Positions 30,585 through 32,000 of a DNA stretch of 32,000 bases are shown here, one piece after another; position 1 is the stretch's first letter, and the number at the start of each line of letters is the position of its first letter. Position numbers and translations under genes: made by a program. The stretch covers positions 1 through 32,000 of the forward strand of contig NC_009932.1 in the NCBI RefSeq assembly GCF_000018105.1, given 5' to 3'. The notes under the pieces were generated by a model. It had not been told where the DNA came from, did no database searches, and saw nothing but the letters and a program-made list of their open reading frames with translations. The DNA comes from Acaryochloris marina MBIC11017. GTDB lineage: Bacteria > Cyanobacteriota > Cyanobacteriia > Thermosynechococcales > Thermosynechococcaceae.

Positions 30585-31043
30585 TTACAGACGGCTGTTT
30601 ATCTTCGACAGCAATTCCCTCGCTGCCTTTGTCTTTGCTTCCTGCTTAGATGATCCTTCACCATTTTCTTGAAGGCCCATCGCTTGGACATTACAACTGA
30701 ACCCGTTTGGTCTCTCCGAAAACCCATATCTGGGCAAAGTAATCTGCTGCTTTTGACACAGCTCCTGCAATTGCCCGATTGGATTCTCCACCCAATCATC
30801 CCCCTGGCTAATGGGTTTTTCTGGGATTTCTCCTTGGTTTTCTTCGGATTCTTGGCCCAGATGTAAGACTCTAATCTGTTTCTCTGCTTGTCGAATAGCT
30901 TGTTTCCTGGCTCTCTCAAGAAGCTTGACCAGGGCATCTTCTGGGTCGTCGTTTGGGAAAAGGTAGGCGAGGAATCCAATCTGCTCTTCGGTTATATGGA
31001 TGTTGAGGTTGTGAGAATGTTGCGATCGCAAAGTCGTCTCCAA
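30585..31043 (-). CDS. Protein with a C-terminal double-stranded-RNA-binding domain (dsRBD) and a possible N-terminal ribbon-helix-helix
   Basis: The C-terminal segment NPIGQLQELCQKQQITLPRYGFSERPNGFSCNVQAMGLQENGEGSSKQEAKTKAARELLSKI fits the dsRBD alpha-beta-beta-beta-alpha consensus (P..L.E..Q....P.Y...F...V...G.G.SKK.A...AA..L). The N-terminal NLNIHITEEQIGFLAYLF..PEDALVKLLERARKQ could be an RHH. TTG start in the track. Confidence 0.7.
   Translation of the reverse strand: METTLRSQHSHNLNIHITEEQIGFLAYLFPNDDPEDALVKLLERARKQAIRQAEKQIRVLHLGQESEENQGEIPEKPISQGDDWVENPIGQLQELCQKQQITLPRYGFSERPNGFSCNVQAMGLQENGEGSSKQEAKTKAARELLSKINSRL
31022..31029. repeat. HIP1 octamer GCGATCGC
   Basis: Exact match read in the sequence. 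Confidence 0.95.
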
Positions 31044-31149
31044 AAAATTTAAGACCTGGACTTAATCAAAAATAATCTGAATCGTAAGCCCCTAAAGGGA
31101 TTCAATCTAAGATTTTAATCCAAATATATAAGATAGTAGTTTGCACACA

Positions 31150-31356
31150 TAGGCATTTAAATATTTAAGTATTTACTTATGTACATGTATACGTAAATGC
31201 ATAAACAAAGAAATACGTAATATTAGTCATACTGAAGTCTATCAGCATTTACTTATAAACACGCATAAGCCTGTACTCATGTATTTGCGTATGCATTTGC
31301 ATAAATATGCTCATACGTATAAGCTTGCTTATGCAAACATTTAAGAGACTACGTAT
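31150..31356. promoter_or_regulatory. Iteron-rich AT-rich leader between the dsRBD gene and parA: candidate centromere (parS-like) or operator
   Basis: The TACGTA palindrome occurs four times (31190-31195, 31214-31219, 31314-31319, 31350-31355). TGCATAAA occurs twice, exactly 100 bp apart (31198-31205, 31298-31305). ATTTACTTAT occurs twice (31171-31180, 31247-31256). ATAAGC-TT-GCTTAT lies at 31319-31332. Confidence 0.5.
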
Positions 31357-31998
31357 GTGGGTAAGATCATTAGCTTAGTCAATGAAAAGGGTGGAAGTAC
31401 AAAAAGTACAACCTGTGTACATCTGGCGACTTGGCTTAAGAATGCTGATTACAACGTGTGCGTCATTGATGCCGATCCTCAGAAAAGCTCATCTGTATGG
31501 ATTGAGTCCTTAGAATTGGATATCCCATGCACATTGATGTTTTCTGCGGACGACCTAATTGATAAGACTGGAGACCTCGCCGATGAGTTTGACTATGTAG
31601 TCATTGATAGTCCTGGAAAAACTGATGAAATTACTCGCGCAATTTTGTTAGTGAGTGATTTCGCACTACTACCAGTCCCCCCAGCGGGCTTGGATCTACA
31701 TCCAAGCCAAAAAACTGTTCGCCTCGTCAAGCAAGCGCAGAAAGTTAGGGGTGGATTGCCAAAAGGAGCGCTATTCATAAACAGAGCAGGTAAAAATACT
31801 CGCTTAAAGGATGAAACGAAGCAAGCTCTGAAAGACATCAAGGAAGTAGACACTCTTGAAACGATAGTCCATTTCAAGCAAGTGATCATCGATTCATTTG
31901 GTCAAGGTCAGACCGTCTTCTCAATGAAAGGTAGAGCTGCCAAAGATGCGGCGAGGGAATTCAACAAGTTATTTACTGAGTTATTGGAGATTATGTAA
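31357..31998 (+). CDS. parA: ParA/Soj-family partition ATPase (short, type Ib-like, no N-terminal HTH)
   Basis: GTG start. Deviant Walker A: IISLVNEKGGSTKSTTCVHLA. Also VCVIDADPQ and DYVVIDSPG. The stop TAA (31996-31998) overlaps an ATG (31998-32000), which suggests a coupled downstream partner gene beyond the window. Confidence 0.9.
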   Translation: MGKIISLVNEKGGSTKSTTCVHLATWLKNADYNVCVIDADPQKSSSVWIESLELDIPCTLMFSADDLIDKTGDLADEFDYVVIDSPGKTDEITRAILLVSDFALLPVPPAGLDLHPSQKTVRLVKQAQKVRGGLPKGALFINRAGKNTRLKDETKQALKDIKEVDTLETIVHFKQVIIDSFGQGQTVFSMKGRAAKDAAREFNKLFTELLEIM

Positions 31999-32000
31999 TG

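Noticed and set aside
30599-30979. The alternative-frame ORF (126 aa) and plus-strand ORF 30669-30866 overlapping the dsRBD gene
   Set aside because: The 30585-31043 frame gives a clean dsRBD consensus. The alternatives are basic, low-complexity translations with no motifs.
1-32000. Scan for tRNA, rRNA, tmRNA or CRISPR features
   Set aside because: I found no cloverleaf-like or rRNA-like conserved stretches and no repeat-spacer arrays by eye. Absence is not proven without tRNAscan or Infernal.

Overview
This 32-kb window looks like a cyanobacterial accessory region, probably plasmid-borne. Support: four exact HIP1 octamers (GCGATCGC), a short parA with an iteron-like leader at the right edge, an IS701-like transposase at the left edge, and two strongly AT-rich islets. 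Left to right: (1) a partial IS701-family transposase, missing from the ORF track because it runs off the window. (2) An AT-rich islet with a membrane HExxH/TPR protein. (3) Two divergently transcribed giant surface proteins: a TpsA/filamentous-haemagglutinin-like protein (TPS, DUF4347-like, beta-helix and Ig repeats) and an inverse autotransporter (intimin-type beta-barrel plus beta-helix passenger). (4) A co-directional minus-strand STAND/NLR-like cluster: CHAT-like-NB-ARC-WD40(x14), then CHAT-like-TIR, then NB-ARC-TPR. (5) Small hypothetical genes and a second AT-rich islet with an RDD membrane protein. (6) A plus-strand operon: trypco2-like small protein, trypsin-like protease with a VMAP-C-like tail, MoxR-type AAA+ ATPase, a 955-aa protein with a SAV_2336-like N-terminus and an FGE-sulfatase-fold (FGS) C-terminus, then two stand-alone FGS paralogs. 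(7) An ACT-domain protein, small ORFs, a dsRBD protein, an iteron-rich leader and parA. Two priorities. First, the TIR/NB-ARC junction carries a textbook -1 frameshift cassette: A_AAA_AAG heptamer, immediate UAG, a 5-nt spacer and a perfect 10-bp hairpin. Slippage there would fuse CHAT-TIR to NB-ARC-TPR. Second, the trypco2/trypsin/MoxR/FGS operon is a computationally predicted but, as far as I know, experimentally uncharacterised NTP-dependent conflict system. All domain calls come from motif recognition by eye; no searches were run.
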